A stretch of 53,858 nucleotides of DNA from a virus (Duplodnaviria > Heunggongvirae > Uroviricota > Caudoviricetes): positions 64,001 through 117,858 of the IMG/VR virus record IMGVR_UViG_3300008113_000007, one strand, 5' to 3'. The number at the start of each line of letters is the position of its first letter. The first letter of the stretch is position 1. This document shows positions 53,111-53,858 of the stretch, one piece after another. The notes beneath the pieces were generated by a model. That model ran no database searches and was not told the DNA's origin. It was given only the letters and a program-made list of their open reading frames with translations. Made by a program: the position numbers and the translations under genes.

Positions 53111-53851
53111 TTATATTGTGTCCCTGCCCAAAAGTTCACCGATGGTGCTGACACGGCTTTCGATCCTTCCGAATATGTCCCTGCGCACCGAAAGCTCCAT
53201 AAGTAGCGTGTCGGATTCGTCCATCCACGACTCGACAACCCTGCCGGACTCTAGTAGCGCAAGAGCGACAGTCTTGTCCTCGAACGCCGCGAAGGTCTTC
53301 CTCACCGCGGCTATCTGCTGTGAGAGCGTAAGTCCCTTCAGCGACTTCGTCACCATCGGCGAAACTGAGCTTAGAACGCTGAGCATCTTCACGTCACTCT
53401 CGTCGAGCGCTGTGTCGAAGTAGTTCTTAGTGCCGAACAGAGGATAGATGCCCCTGAATAGGCGCATCTTCACCTCGTCTCCGTGCACGTTCCTCATATA
53501 GTTCAGGAAGTCCTTTCCGGTGATTAGCCTGAAGACGTTGCCGTCTTTGAAAACGGATGTGTCCTGGGATATTATATCCTCGAACGACTCTGCGTGGTTC
53601 TTTATTTCTTCGACATCGAACGGCTCCGTCTGGACATGGCGCCTCAGGCCGTATATCTTCTCGTCCAGCCCGTGATTTTTCTTTATGATGTCCTCGACCG
53701 CAGGAACCCTGTGTATGTGAAGGTGCTCTATCAGAAGGTCCTTCACGTCGTCGTAGTCCTGCTTTCTCTTCTCCTTGAAGTACTTCTTCACCGTGTCTGC
53801 GAAGCCGAACTCGATTGCGTGCATCAGTAGCTTGAGCTCGAACTGGTCCAT
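53111..53851 (-). CDS. hypothetical protein
   Basis: 246-aa ORF in phage codon style. It may extend beyond the window edge. Confidence 0.65.
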   Translation of the reverse strand: MDQFELKLLMHAIEFGFADTVKKYFKEKRKQDYDDVKDLLIEHLHIHRVPAVEDIIKKNHGLDEKIYGLRRHVQTEPFDVEEIKNHAESFEDIISQDTSVFKDGNVFRLITGKDFLNYMRNVHGDEVKMRLFRGIYPLFGTKNYFDTALDESDVKMLSVLSSVSPMVTKSLKGLTLSQQIAAVRKTFAAFEDKTVALALLESGRVVESWMDESDTLLMELSVRRDIFGRIESRVSTIGELLGRDTI

Positions 53852-53858
53852 CTCGACG

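Noticed and set aside
1-53858. Alternative genetic code (stop-codon reassignment), as in some jumbo phages
   Set aside because: Conserved genes are full length in code 11 and end at TAA, TAG or TGA. Only one isolated in-frame TAA was found.
1-53858. CRISPR array, canonical tRNA or rRNA genes, transposase, integrase, intein or diversity-generating retroelement
   Set aside because: No regularly spaced direct repeats, cloverleaf with T-loop and CCA, recombinase, splicing or reverse-transcriptase motifs were recognised by eye.

Overview
This window looks like part of a large T4-like (jumbo) dsDNA phage genome in the standard genetic code, probably infecting a Bacteroidota host. The host inference rests on TAnnTTTG promoter elements, A-rich translation starts without Shine-Dalgarno sites and a Flavobacteria-like AhcY. 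Replication and nucleotide genes: the N-terminal half of a split family-B DNA polymerase, a DinG-like helicase, a gp41/DnaB helicase, NrdA, a RuvC-like resolvase, a DNA methyltransferase and thioredoxin. Other content: a four-gene nucleotide-sugar cassette, a Ro60/TROVE gene preceded by about 380 nt of densely base-paired non-coding DNA, many small proteins with T4-like capsid-targeting N-termini, and a ~30 kb block of probable virion fibre genes. That block includes a ~3000-aa (Gly-Ser/Thr-Ser/Thr)n protein interrupted by one in-frame TAA and two Cys-rich paralogues, one frameshifted by an 86-nt deletion. It is followed by a GT9-like glycosyltransferase, ahcY and smpB. The strongest candidates for undescribed biology are (i) the structured RNA/Ro60 locus at 14566-16411 and (ii) a possible phage-encoded virion glycosylation system. 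All calls come from motif reading by eye; no database searches or folding programs were run.
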